Assembly: GCA_050613775.1 (NCBI GenBank)
Contig: JBODTK010000138.1
Span: 62,001 to 126,000 of the forward strand
DNA from: Neocallimastix sp. 'constans'
Lineage: Eukaryota
Direction of reading: 5' to 3'
DNA: 64,000 bases
In this document: positions 33,160 through 47,400 of the stretch, one piece after another
Layout: every line of letters starts with the position of its first letter
Numbering within the stretch: the first letter of the stretch is position 1
Position numbers and translations under genes: made by a program
Notes under the pieces: generated by a model
What the model saw: the letters and a program-made list of their open reading frames with translations, nothing else
Database searches by the model: none
Told to the model about the DNA's origin: nothing

Positions 33160-33776
33160 TACTATATTATATTTTATTATATTATACATATATTTTAAAA
33201 AGGTTCCTCTTTCTCTCAATGTTAAATAAAGTGTAATGAACATTTTCATTATTCTTTTAATCCACTATTCAAGGATTAGATTTAAAATATTTGAAAATGT
33301 AAGATGACATTTTCAATTAATTAAACAAAAAAATATTATTGGTTAATATTTAATTAACTCATTCTGATATTTAATAAATTAAAAATATTTTATTAAATCT
33401 TCCTTATAAAAAAAATGAAAATTAAATAGTTAAAAAAAAATAAAAAAAAAAAAAAATTAACTATAAAGTATTATATATATTATAAATAAATAATTATATG
33501 CAATATAATAGAAAAATAATATTTTTATTTTTTTTTTATTTTTTATTTTTATTCTGTTATTGTTAATTAATTTCATCATTTAAATAATAAATAATAATTA
33601 ATATTTCTTTTTTTATTTTATTTTTTTATTTTTTATTTTTTATTTTTTTTTGTTCATTTTATTTTCATTGTTAATTTGTATTATTATCACATTATTTTAT
33701 TGAGAGTAAAGAAGATAAAAAAGAAAGAAAAAAAAAAATTAAAATAAAAAGTTTATGGTACCAAAATTTTAATGTC

Positions 33777-33807
<31 letters not shown>

Positions 33808-34025
33808 TATTTAATAATTTTAAGTGGAATAAATACAGAAAAAAATTTTTTTATAAAGTTTTTTTTTTTATTTTTTTTTTTATATTTATTTTATATATCA
33901 GATATAATATATTTTGTCTATTTATATATAATTATTAAACATATATTAAATGTTAATATATAATGATAAATATATTACAATATAAAAAGTAAAAGTAATG
34001 ATGATGAATAATAATTAGTAAATAA

Positions 34026-34084
<59 letters not shown>

Positions 34085-34768
34085 ACATCTTTTTATATAT
34101 ATATTTTATTTTTAAATAAATATATATATGTATATTTATAGCTAAAAAAAAAAAAAAAAAAATAAAATAAAATTCAAAGAATAAAATTGAATTTCAAAAC
34201 AAAAAAATAAATTAAAATAAATTAAAATACAATTAACTGAACAAAGCCCAGTTTTATTATTTGAATTATAATATTTAATATATATATTTTTCATTAATAA
34301 TAATGTAATTATATAAAGAATTAAAAAAAAAAAAAAAAAAGAAATTTTGTAAATTAATAATAGATTTCAAATTCAAAGAAATTAATACAATAATTTATAA
34401 TTATTAAATATATATATATAAATATTATTAAAAAAAAAAGAAAATAAAAAATAAAATAAAATAAAATAAAAAATAAAAATACATTATAAGCATTATAAAT
34501 ATTTAATTACTAACCTTACTAAATATATCTTTAATAATATATATTTTATTATCTAATTTTTATAAAAAAAAAATAAATTCAATTAAAAAATTTCAAAAAA
34601 TATAATAATAATAAAATAATAATAATAATAATAATAAAATAATAATAATCATAATCACCAATATTTAAATAAAAAAAAAAAAAAATAAATGAAACCAAAT
34701 TAGATACCAAAGATTCACCAAAAAAAAAAAAAAAAAAAAAAAAAAAAGGAAAAAAGGAAAAAAAGACA

Positions 34769-35641
34769 ATGGATTCTAAAGTAGCGATGTCAATTTTAGC
34801 GGCAACAGTAACCACTATTGCTGCCGCTGTATGTACAAGAAAACTTATTGTCGATAAAAAGCAATCCAATTCACCTGAAAAACGTTTATTAAAAAAAAAG
34901 CAAAGATCAATGGTGAAGTCACTTAGTGCTATTGAAACAGACTCAAAAAAATTATTAGAAGATATTAAAAAAGTTCAAGGTATTATACTGGAATTTATGA
35001 AAAATAATAATAGTTCAAAGAAACAACAAAATAACATTGAAACCGAAAACTATGAGAAAACTGTCATAGAAAATGATATTGATAGTAATGCTAGTATTGA
35101 TTCAACGGATAGTGTTGAAAAAACAATTATTGATAATGAGGGAAAAGAAGAAGAAGAAGAAGAAGAAGAAGAAAAAGTTGAAAATTCAACTATAATTTCA
35201 ACTTCTCTTCATGAGAAAGAAGAAGAAGAAGCTGATAAAAATAAAAATAAAAATAAAAAGTTGGCTTCTTTACAATCTATTAGAGTAGATGGTTACTTAA
35301 TTGAAATGAAAATTAAGGGATTAGATGAATATTTATTGAGACTTTTAGAACGACTTGATTCTCTTCGTCCAAAGGCATTAATGGAAGAGGTTAGAGAAAT
35401 ATATAGTGATAAAGAAGGTCTCGAAGACGTTATACCCTATATAGAACATAAAGTTGAAAAAATAAAGAAGAGAAAGAAGGCTCTCGTTCTTAAAATTCAA
35501 AGTTATCTTGAAAATGTTGATAAATTAGCAGGTACTGTTTCGGGTAAGAATGGAGATATTGAAGTGGTAGAATCTGTTGCTAAACTTTGGGAAGTTAAAG
35601 ATGGAAAAAAAAAACATTTAAATTTCAAATTTAAATTATAA
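34769..35641 (+). CDS. 290-aa single-exon protein with an N-terminal membrane anchor and probable BAG domain (Hsp70 nucleotide-exchange-factor-like)
   Basis: Hydrophobic VAMSILAATVTTIAAAVC is followed by a basic patch. LDEYLLRLLERLDSL and KKRKKALVLKIQSYLENVD resemble BAG helices 2 and 3. The ORF is secure; the domain call is by eye. Confidence 0.7.
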   Translation: MDSKVAMSILAATVTTIAAAVCTRKLIVDKKQSNSPEKRLLKKKQRSMVKSLSAIETDSKKLLEDIKKVQGIILEFMKNNNSSKKQQNNIETENYEKTVIENDIDSNASIDSTDSVEKTIIDNEGKEEEEEEEEEKVENSTIISTSLHEKEEEEADKNKNKNKKLASLQSIRVDGYLIEMKIKGLDEYLLRLLERLDSLRPKALMEEVREIYSDKEGLEDVIPYIEHKVEKIKKRKKALVLKIQSYLENVDKLAGTVSGKNGDIEVVESVAKLWEVKDGKKKHLNFKFKL

Positions 35642-36053
35642 TTATCATTATCATAATAAAATAATAATAATTTATAATTATTATTTATTAATATTATTAA
35701 TATTATTAATTTTATTAATATATATATATGTAATTATTTATATTATTTATTTTATATAAAAATTCTTTTAATTTAAACAAAAATCTATTTATTTATTCTT
35801 TTTTTTTTTTTTTTTTTTATTATTATTATTATTTATTTTTTTTTTTTTTATTAAATTAAAAACATATTTCTATTTTAAACATCAAATTTTTTAATTGAAT
35901 ACATATATATATCTCTATATAAATAATAAAATAACATTAAAAAAAAAATTAATAATATAATAATATAATATTAATAATAAATAATTCCAAAAAAAAAAAA
36001 ATATTATAATATTATATATATAATAAAAATGAAAAATAATAAGAAAAAACAAG

Positions 36054-36086
<33 letters not shown>

Positions 36087-36579
36087 AAATTTTTAATTTT
36101 TAAATTAAGTCAAATAGAAATGTTCAATTTTGACAAATAATAATAATAATAATAATATATATATTTATTTTTTATTAATATAAATGTTATTATTCAATGT
36201 AATTTAAAAAAAAAAAATTTAAATTTAAATAAACTGTATCATATTATAATAATAAAATACTCGAAAGAATCTCATATAGTAGGAACATATATGAGTATTT
36301 CCTATTGTTTAATTATTAATATATAGAAAAAAAAAAAATAATGAGTAAGTAGTATATTTTTTTTTTTTTTTTGTTTTTTTTTTTTTTTGTTTTTATAATT
36401 AATTAATAGTATAATAGATTTATTAGTTAAGCTATTATATTTTTTTTGAAAGAAAAAAAAAAAGTTTAAATAATATTAATAATAATATGAATTTTTAATG
36501 TTTTATATGTATATGATCCATCGTGCTTTTTTGATTGATTCAAAACTTTTTATATATAAAAAATAATAATAAATATATA

Positions 36580-36638
<59 letters not shown>

Positions 36639-36852
36639 TAATTTTAATTTTATTAATAATTTTTTTTTTTTTTATTTTTTTTTTATTTTTTTTATTTAAT
36701 TTATTTTATTTTGAACAGTAGTAATGAGATATTGATAAAATCATAACAAATAATGAAATAAATTATTTAGGTATAAAGTTAAAAAGTGGATTAATTAATT
36801 CATATTTTAACTATGATGATCATATTTTTTTTTTAAAAAAAAAAAAAAAACA

Positions 36853-36854
<2 letters not shown>

Positions 36855-36942
<88 letters not shown>

Positions 36943-37034
36943 AAATAAATGATTAAATAAATAAATAAATGAAAAATAAATGAATAAATGATTAAATAAA
37001 TAAATAAATAAATGAAAAATAAATGAATTAATGA

Positions 37035-37087
<53 letters not shown>

Positions 37088-37430
37088 AAATAAATGATTA
37101 AATAAATAAATAAATGAAAAATAAATGAATAAATGATTAAATAAATAAATAAATAAATGAAAAATAAATGAATTAATGATTAAATAAATAAATAAATAAA
37201 TATTAAATAAATAAATAAATGAAAAGTAAATAAATAAATAAACAAATAAATAAACAAATAAATAAATATTAAATAAATAAATAAATAAATAAATGAATAA
37301 ATGAAAAATAAATGATTAAATAAATAAATGAATAAATAAATGAAAAATAAATGATTAAATAAATAAATGAATAAATAAATGAAAAATAAATAAATGAAAA
37401 GTAAATAAATTAATAAATAAATAAATAAAT
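36855..37430. repeat. Compound (TAAA)n microsatellite with higher-order units
   Basis: TAAA runs interrupted by recurring ATGATTAAATA and ATGAAAAATAAATGAAT modules. Confidence 0.85.
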
Positions 37431-37995
37431 AATATTATAGTTTATGATTATATTGGAATATCTATATATATGAAAAAAGTGTCAAATATACTTATAATGT
37501 ATTGATAAGTATTGTATTAAATTAAGTAAAATAATAATTAAAAAAAAAAAATTTTTTTTCCATTTTGATAACCAAAAAAAAAATAACTATAAATGTTCAA
37601 TGATAGTTTACCCTTTTATTTTATTTTATTTTATTTTATTATTTATTTTATTTATTTTTTTATTATGAATATATTAACCAATCTACTACTTTAATTGTTT
37701 CTTATTATTATCTAGAAACATCCATTGATTAAGTGTTCTATTATACCACATTAAAAATAATTAGAAATAAAATAAAATGTAAAAAAAATAAAAATAAAAT
37801 AAAAAGAATATTTCACCTTTAATTTAATTATAATATTGTTTTTAATTTAATTTAATTTATTTTTTTTTTATTTTATTTTTATATCATTTTAAAAGATATA
37901 TTTTAAAAAGATATATATATATATATTTTATATTATAGTATTATTTTTATTGTATTTTCTTTTTATAGTAATATCAAATAATAATATTATTAATA

Positions 37996-38035
<40 letters not shown>

Positions 38036-38503
38036 TAATTAAAAAATAATAATTTATTATGATGCTCAAAAAAAAAAAGATGAATTTCTGGTGATGGTTG
38101 CGGTGCTGCTTATCATGGTTAATTTTTCAGATTATCAGTATTCTAAAAAAAAACAAAAAAAAAAAAGCAACTTGCCTTTAGATATTATGATGAATGGTTT
38201 TTAAAGAGAGGGGACATATTACTATTATTGAGGGGGAGGGGGGGGGCCATGATTACCTTAGTAATGGTGATAACACTTTTCATTTTTGTTGCCTTTTACG
38301 GATATAGTTTTGGTAACTATCAAAAAATCATATAATCCAAAAAAAAAAAAAAAAACTTTTTTAATAATATGATCCAAGGAAATTAGAATATAAACCAATT
38401 TTTGACCAATTATTTTTTCATAGGTTACATATATAATTAAATCAAACTTTTTATTTTCATACCTTACTTAATAATTAACCAAACTTTTTAACTATTTAAA
38501 CTA

Positions 38504-38564
<61 letters not shown>

Positions 38565-38666
38565 AAATAAAATAAAATAAAATTTTTAATTAAATAAAAG
38601 TTTATTTATTTATTAATTAATTAATTAAAATAATTAATAATTGAATATAGTATATATAATAAATAA

Positions 38667-38697
<31 letters not shown>

Positions 38698-39405
38698 GCT
38701 TTTCGACCCATTTCATAATTAATTTTATTCTTTATAAAAAAAAAAAAAAAAAAAAATCATAATTATTCTTATTTTCATTGATTATTTTTATTTTATATAT
38801 GAAAACGTATATATTATATATATATATAATAAAAAATAAAAAAAAAAAAATAAAAATAAAAAAAATAAAAATTAATAAAAAAAAAAAAAAAAATAAAGAT
38901 ATAAAAATTATTAATAATAAAAAAAAAAAAAAAAAAAATAAAAAAAATAAAAAAAAAAATAAAAAATAAAAATAAAATGTTTTTACTTAGGAATTGAAAT
39001 CTTTTAAATTATTCATTTAATTTTTTATCATCCTATCATTCATTCCTCACGGTTGATCTATTTTTTTTTTTCTGTTATATATATACTTTATTATAAAAGG
39101 TAAATATACTTTTATTATTTAATTTTTTTTTTTTTTAAAAAAAAAAAAACAATTTTATTATTATTAGTATTATTATTATTATTTTAAATTATTAATATTT
39201 AGTTATTATTATTTTGTTTATTATATATTTATATTATTAATTAATATTTATTTTTATATTTATTATCAAAAAAAAAAAAAAAAAAAAAAAAAAATAAAAA
39301 AAAAAAAAAAAATAATAAAAATAAAAAAAAAAAAGTTAAAAAAATAAAATGTATTATGTTTTAATTATTATTAGTAAGATTTTTTTTTTCCCTTTTTTCT
39401 TTCTT

Positions 39406-39436
<31 letters not shown>

Positions 39437-39802
39437 TTAATGATGTTTATAAAGATTAAGTAATTATTAATAGAAAATAAAAAAAAAAAAAAAATAAGAA
39501 AGTAGAAATTATTAATTAAAAAAAAAAAAAAAAAAAAAAAAAGAATATATATATATATATATAAAAAAAAAAGAAAAATAAGAATAAAAATCTAAATAAT
39601 TATTAGAAATATATATTCTTTTTTCTTTTTTCAATATTTCTATTTTTTTTTTTTTCTTTTTATTTTTATATATTCATTTTTTTTTTATTCCACTATATTT
39701 GTTTCATAGGAACAACTTTAAATTATTAATTTAATTTTGACTTTATTTTTTTTTCTTTCTTTTTTCTTCTTTTCTTTTCTTTTCTTCTTCTTTTCCTATT
39801 TC

Positions 39803-40053
39803 TTATTTTTTATTTTGATTATATTGATTTAAGTAGTCAAGTGGTGACATTTGTGCAGCAGCATTATCATAAGGAGAGGTAGGTTGTCCATTATTACCTA
39901 CTCTAACAGTAACAGCCATAATTGCTGGATCTTGGAATGGAATATTCATCATTGAATTTTGTCCATGAGATTGAACTAATAATTATTATATTAATATTAA
40001 TAATTAAAATAATAATAATTATATATATTTTATTTTATTATATTTTATTGTAA

Positions 40054-40087
<34 letters not shown>

Positions 40088-43000
40088 ATAATAATAATAA
40101 TAAATTAAAAAAGTATGTTAATTATATATTAATTAAAATATTAAAATGTTATATATTATAATTATAATAAATAAATATATATATAATTTTTTGTTTAAAT
40201 CGATTTAAACAAAATAGTAAAATACAAATATATATATATATATAAAATAGATAAAAAAAAAATAATATAATAATAGGAATAATTTATAAAAAAAAAAAAA
40301 AATTTTTTTTTATTTTTCAATTTTTTTTTATTAATTTATTTATTTACCATTTTGTTTTTGATGTAACATTTGTCCAAAGAAATCACCTGGTAATTGTGGT
40401 TGAGCATTAGTTGTATTTGTATTATTCATTCTTTGGTAAAGTTGTTGTTGCTGTTGTGATGGATGTTGATTAGTATTCATAAAAGCTTGTTGTTGACGAG
40501 GAGTATAATTGTAATTTTGATATTGTTGTTGCAAGCTTTGATATTCAAGTTCAGGACTTATCATAGAATTAACATAATTCATATTATTTCCATTTGCATT
40601 TATGTTGGTATTAATACCTTGAAGACTATGTAAACGTTGCATATTATTATAATTGGATGTGGCCGTATTATATTGATTACCAGCATTACTATTCATTTGA
40701 ATATTACTATTCGTACGATTCATATTATTTAAAATATTATTTTGAAGATTATTTATATCATTTAAACCATTTATATTTCCTGAATTATTCATAACAAGAG
40801 AATTCAATGATTGAATATTTTGTGGATATTGTTGATTTGGTAGATTCATTTCATTCCAATTATCGACTGCTCCTATTGGTAAATTTTGTGCTGCTGAATT
40901 GGGTAGCACTTTATTTTGATAAAGATTATTTTGATTATTATATAAATTACGTACATCATCAGAGTTTGGTAATTTTTGTTTTATTATGTTATTAAGAGAA
41001 GCAGTAATATCATTATTGGTATTTGCTGACATCATTCTAGATAATTTATTTTCAGGTGACATTTCTGGAGATAACATGGCTTTTATTAGTATTGAAAAAA
41101 AAATTTATATTAGAATTTATTATTTTATTTTATTGTTTAATTTAATTTTTTTTTTTTTTTATATAATTTATATTATATTAAATACCATTATTAAAACTTT
41201 GACTCAATAATTGTTGTTGATAATTTTCAATGGATGCTAATCTTAATTTTTGTTGTAACTTTGCTAATGCTGTATATATTTCTTCATCTATTATATATGT
41301 TATTTAAAAACAAATTGGATTTATAATGAATATATTTTATTTTTGTATAATATATATATAAATACATATCAAATAAATAGATGAATGAAAATTGGAAAAT
41401 AACAAATTATAATATAACATTAATATAAATTATATTTAATAAACATTATATATTATATATATATATTATATATTATATATATATATTATAATTTATATAA
41501 TATATATTTTAATCAAATTTAATTATTTTTTATTCAATTTTAACTTTTTTACTTTTTTTATTTTTTTTATAAAATTTTTTATATAATAGATAAAAATATT
41601 ATATTCATCATATTTACCAGTAAAGTGGAACGGATCTTCACAGAATGGATTAAATGGTCCTTCATATACATGTTGAAGATTATTTATAGAATTAGGTGGA
41701 ATATCGTCTTCATTAGAATTATCTGAAAGTGCAGAGGATCCTGTATAAGTATCTTCATAAACAATTTTGAAATTTCTTGGTTTCGAATTTAGTGACACTT
41801 GACTACTATTATTTGAGGTTGGCGGTGAATTATTATTTGAGGTCGTTGTCTGTGATAGTGATTTTGATTGTGATACACTTTGATTTTTATGTTGAATATT
41901 TGAAACTTTTTTATCATTATTATCTATTGCTGTTTTGCTTTCGTTATTTACTGTAGCGGAGGTTGGTGTAATTATACTTGAATTTGATGATTTTATTTTA
42001 GATGCATTTTCTTCTTGTTCAGTTGTATTATTATTTGCTTGTTTATTATTAGTAGAGGAATTAGCATTAACAGAGGAAGTAGAAGAGGTATTTTCTAATG
42101 CTTTGTTGAGTGAGATACTTGAAGAATAATTACTAAGGTTTGAGGTTGAGGATATAATGGATTGTTGACTTGATGATCCTGGAATTTTATGACTTTCACT
42201 TTTTGATTTAATTTGTCCAGAACTTGATGAATAAGCTTTTTCACTTTCTTGTTTTGCTTTTGAAATTTTATTTAACGATGAATTTGATGATGATGATTTT
42301 GTTAGCTTAGCCCTATTTATCATCATATCATATTACATTATTATTATTATTATTAAATAAATATATCAATTATTATTAATTATAGATAATATTTCAATGG
42401 TTAATTAATTATTATTATTATTATTTTTTTAAAAAATTTTATTAATGAATTTAATTAAAATAATATTAAAATAATCTTATTTTTTAAAAAAAATTATTAT
42501 ATTTACCAGCTAGCCGTAGAAGGTAATGCTGAACTTTCTTCTTTATTATCATCTTTATTAAATGATGATGAATTGATAACTTTAAATGATGCCTTTTCAA
42601 TTATTAAATAAATAAATAAATAAATAAATAAGTAAATCAATATTTATATATAAATAAAAGAAAAAAATAATTATTTTTTGTAAAGAAAGTTAGTCAACTA
42701 TTTTTTATTTATTTATAATGATTTTTAAAGTATTATTTAGTCAATGCATTAATTACTTCTTTATATGGTAATGATGCTTTAGCACTAGTTAGTTCTTTCT
42801 TAAGATTAAGTTTTCCTTGATTAAGAGTTTCATCATTTTCTTTTGAATAAGAATCAGCTTCTTCTCCAGGTTCATGAAGATACATACAATTTGGATTTTG
42901 ACATTGCTGTCCTTTAAGATAGTTTGTACAATATTTTGTTGTACCATAAGAAGCTCTATGATTATAAATAATTATTATTCAAGATTTAAATTTTAATGAA

Positions 43001-44476
43001 TATGTATTTTTTAATTTTTTTTTAAATAATATAATAATAATGTAATAAAAAAATATGATGAAATAAAACATATAAAAAAAATTGATAATAAAAAATAAAA
43101 CAAACCAAAATAAATATCATAAAAAATATTATTTATAGAATAAAATAAAATGAAAATCATAAAAAATATTATTAATAGAATAAAATAAGATAAATATCAT
43201 AAAAAATATTATTTATAGAATAAAATAAAATGAATATCATAAAAAATATTATTAATAGAATAGAATAAAATAAAATAAATATCATAAAAAATATTATAAA
43301 ACAAATAAAACAAAATTGAATGATATAAAACCAAAAAATGTTAACAAAAAAAAAAACTTTTAACATACTTTATAGTTCTTCCTTCACATAATGTTCCATC
43401 TACAGCGATGATTGCTTTAGTGGCGTCCTCTTTTTTAGCGTAGGTGATGTAAATACTAATATTGGTACTTGTTCCTTGTGGAGTATTATGTGTTTTTTTA
43501 TTTATAACAACTTTTGTAATTTTACCGTATTTACCAAAATAATTATGTTGTTTTATAGTCTTTTATTTTATTTTATTTTATTTTATTTTATTATTAGTAT
43601 TATTATTTTATTATTTAATTAAATATATAAATAATAAACATAAATAATAATATATATAAAAGTATCACAACATTAAATAATATATATTAAAAAATAAACA
43701 TCAATAAATATATATTAAATATTAAAAAGAAAAAATCTATTAGATAACTTTTTTTTTTTTTTTATATTACCTCTTCAGTTGCTAACTTTGGTGGCATACC
43801 TATAACGTAAACCAAATTCTTTTGAACCACCCTTACATTAGATAAATGTTTTCTAGCATTTTGTTCTTGTTCTCTTCTTTCACGTTCCTTAGCTCTCTTT
43901 TTTGCTTTTATTGACTGTAGTCTAATTTTATTGAAATTAATATATATTTATATTGATATTTACATAAATTAACTCCTGTTCAAAATCCTGATAATTTTAT
44001 TTATTTTTATTTTTTTTTTATTTTTTTTCTTTTATTTTTTTTTTTATTATTAATTATAAATTTTATATCATTTATATTTACTCTTCTTGAGGTATAGGTG
44101 TAAACTCTACAGTTTCTTTTGAATATGGTTTTCTACAAGCTGGACACTTTCCATTCAAATCTTCTAAGATATGATTCCAACAAAACCTACAAATCTTTAT
44201 AATTTAAAATAGAATTATTTTATTATTAATATCTAATTATTTATTTTGTTTTGTTTATTTGTATTTTTCTTCCAAATATTGAATTTCCTTTCTTTCTTTT
44301 TTTTTTTTTTTTCTTTTTTTTTTTTTTGGTTAAAATATTAAATTTTTATTATATAATTATTTATTTACCTGATAACCACATGAACATGGCTTAAAATTTC
44401 TATCCGCTATATCAATTTCCTCCATACAAAGAGGACATATTAATTCCTCTTCATTGTCTGATAAATATGACGACAT
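39803..44476 (-). CDS. NOT4: CCR4-NOT E3 ubiquitin ligase Not4 (RING + RRM + C3H1), ~849 aa; exons 44476-44369, 44194-44082, 43921-43771, 43559-43369, 42955-42757, 42592-42507, 42312-41618, 41287-41186, 41079-40348, 39975-39803
   Basis: RING CPLCMEEIDIADRNFKPCSCGYQ|ICRFCWNHILEDLNGKCPACRKPY; RRM RKHLSNVRVVQKNLVYVIG..YFGKYGKI; ASYGTTKYCTNYLKGQQCQNPNCMYLHEPG; SALPSTASW. Nine phase-compatible GT-AG introns give a 2550-nt open frame. Confidence 0.95.
43108..43300. repeat. ~40-bp intronic minisatellite in NOT4 intron 4
   Basis: About 5 copies of AATATCATAAAAAATATTATTWATAGAATAAAATAAAAT-like units. Confidence 0.75.
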
Positions 44477-45349
44477 TCTATATATACAATAATAAAATAT
44501 TGAATTGATAAGGATATATATTTTATATGTTATTACATTATTTTATAATAGAATGATAATTTTATTGATTATTTTATTATCTAATTTTTAATAAAATTCT
44601 TAAAGTATATTATGATTATTATCTATTTATATATATATGTATATATATATTTTAGAAAAAATATATTCTTATTTTATTTTTTCAACTAATATATATGATT
44701 ATTTATACTATAATAATTTAATATTTTTTAAAAAAGCTTTGTGTTTATGACTATTAATATATTTTTTATATTACAATAATATTGTTAATTTTACAAAAAA
44801 AAAAAAAAAAAAAAGATAAATAAAAGGTGAATATTATATATATATTTCCCATATTTTGTTTTAAATATATATACTATGTAATATACAATAAATTTTATTA
44901 TTAATATTATTAATATTTTTTTTAAAAAAAATATGATAAATTATGATTTTCTTAAAATTTTCCTTTGCATAATCATTATTTTTTTTTGTTGTCATGAATA
45001 TTATATTGATTTTTTACAATTACAAAATAAGAAAGAAAAAAAAAATTCATAATAATAAATTTCTTTTTAACGTCTTATAGTAACTATAAATGAATGTTTA
45101 ATTGCTTTATATAACCAATTTATTTATAAAATTTATCAAAATTTGACAGTCATTCATTTTTATGAAAAAAAGGTTTTTTTTAAATATAAAAAATAAACAT
45201 TACTTTTTTTTTTTTTTTTTTTTTTTTATTCTTTTTTATTCTTTCTCGTATAAAAGGCCTATAAAAAAAAAGGTTTGAGGTATTTTTTATTTAAATTTAT
45301 TTTTCTTTTATAGTAATATGATTATTTTTTTTCTTTTCTTTTTATTTGG

Positions 45350-45386
<37 letters not shown>

Positions 45387-45711
45387 TTATAAAATATTAA
45401 TTCATTCTATAGAAAGCTCATAAGTATTAAATTTATTATATAAATAACTGATAAATTTCTTTTTTCTTTTGTGTATAAAAAAAATTAAAAAAGGTAGTAA
45501 TCTCTTTTTCTCTATTTCGAACAATTTTATCCGATTATAATTGCTCTTTTAATAATGAATCAACTATAATTTGTTTTGATGAAAAATGTTATTGTTCAAT
45601 GTTATTTGTTATGTTTTTTTTTTAATATTATTATTTTTATAATAATAATTAATAATAATTTTTTTTTTAAAAAAAAAAAAATTTTAAAGTTTTACACTCT
45701 TTCTCTCTCTC

Positions 45712-45742
<31 letters not shown>

Positions 45743-47325
45743 TAATCTTAAATAATACTGAAGAGTTAAATTGGGAATAAATAAATAAATAAAAGGACAA
45801 AAAAAAAAAAAAAAAAAAAAGAAATAAAAAGAAATAACAACAAATAATAAAAATATTAAAAAGGGAAAAATAATAAAAAAAAATTTAAAATAATTGATTA
45901 AAAAAGGTTATATTTATTTGATATATGATACATATAATATAATAAAATAATAAAACAATAAAAAAGAGAAATGACCATAGGACTAATTAAAATAAAAATT
46001 AATAAATATTAATAATATATATATTAATATTAATATTAAGATTAATATAATAAAATAATTAAATTACAAATAAATATTAAATATTAAATAATAAAAATAA
46101 TTAAAATACTAATAAATACTAAAAAAACTATTAACAATAATAGTATTAAAATAATAATGATAATATTATTAATTATTATTAATTATTATTAATTATTATT
46201 AATTATTATTACTATTATTATTACTATTATTACTACTAATATTATTACTATTATTACTACTAATATTATTACTATTATTACTATTACTATTATTAAAATT
46301 ACTATTATTACTTTATTATTATTTATAATCAATTATTACTATTATTATAATTACTATTAATATAATTACTATAATTACTATTATTATTATTTATTATTTA
46401 TTATTTATTATTCAATTATATATTATTTATTTATTTATTTATTTATTATTTATTATTTTTTATTTATTATTTATTATTCAATTATTATTTTTTATTTATT
46501 TATTATTTATTATTTATTATTTATTTATAAATACTGTTTTTATTATTTAATAAATACTCTTTTTATTATTTAATTATTCAATTATTATTATTTATTATTT
46601 ATTATTTATTATCAATATTATTTATTATAAATTAAATATTTAATAAATCGTTTATAAAAAATAAAAATTTTAATATTAAAATAAAATTTTATTATTATCT
46701 TAAATATTAAGATAATATATTCATATTTTATTATAATTAATAATTTCTGTAGTATATTCAATGATTTTAAAACTTACTTTGTATAATTATATTTTATTTT
46801 ATTTTATTATTATTATTATTTTTATTTTTTACTATTAAGTTTTAAATAAAAAATCCAAAAAAAAAAAAAAAAAAAATAAAATAAAAAAGAAAAATTTGAA
46901 AATCTTCTTTTAAATATTTTATTTGATTGAAAATTTTCTATTAAATATTTTATTTGGTATGTCATTTACTGAAATAAAAAAAAAATTTACATGATCAATA
47001 AATGAACATATATTATATGTAAATAACAAATAATACATAAAATGGAACAAAGTAATCAAATAATATAATAATATAATATTTCAAATAATCAAGGAAAGTT
47101 TAATCCATTATTATTTCTTTTTCAATTTAAAATAAAAAAAAAAAAGGATAATTAACATTTATATTATGATTTTCCATAAAAAATTTCGATGGTTTAGCAT
47201 TTTTTATTTTTTGGTTTTGGTTTATTCTATCGTTTATCTATTGAATTATATTTATATTTTTCCATTTGTTATTTATTATTGATTAATTAAAATTTATTAT
47301 TCAAAAAAAAAAAAAAATAGAAAAA

Positions 47326-47357
<32 letters not shown>

Positions 47358-47400
47358 AAATAATAAATAAATAATTAATTAAATAATTGAATAAATAAAT

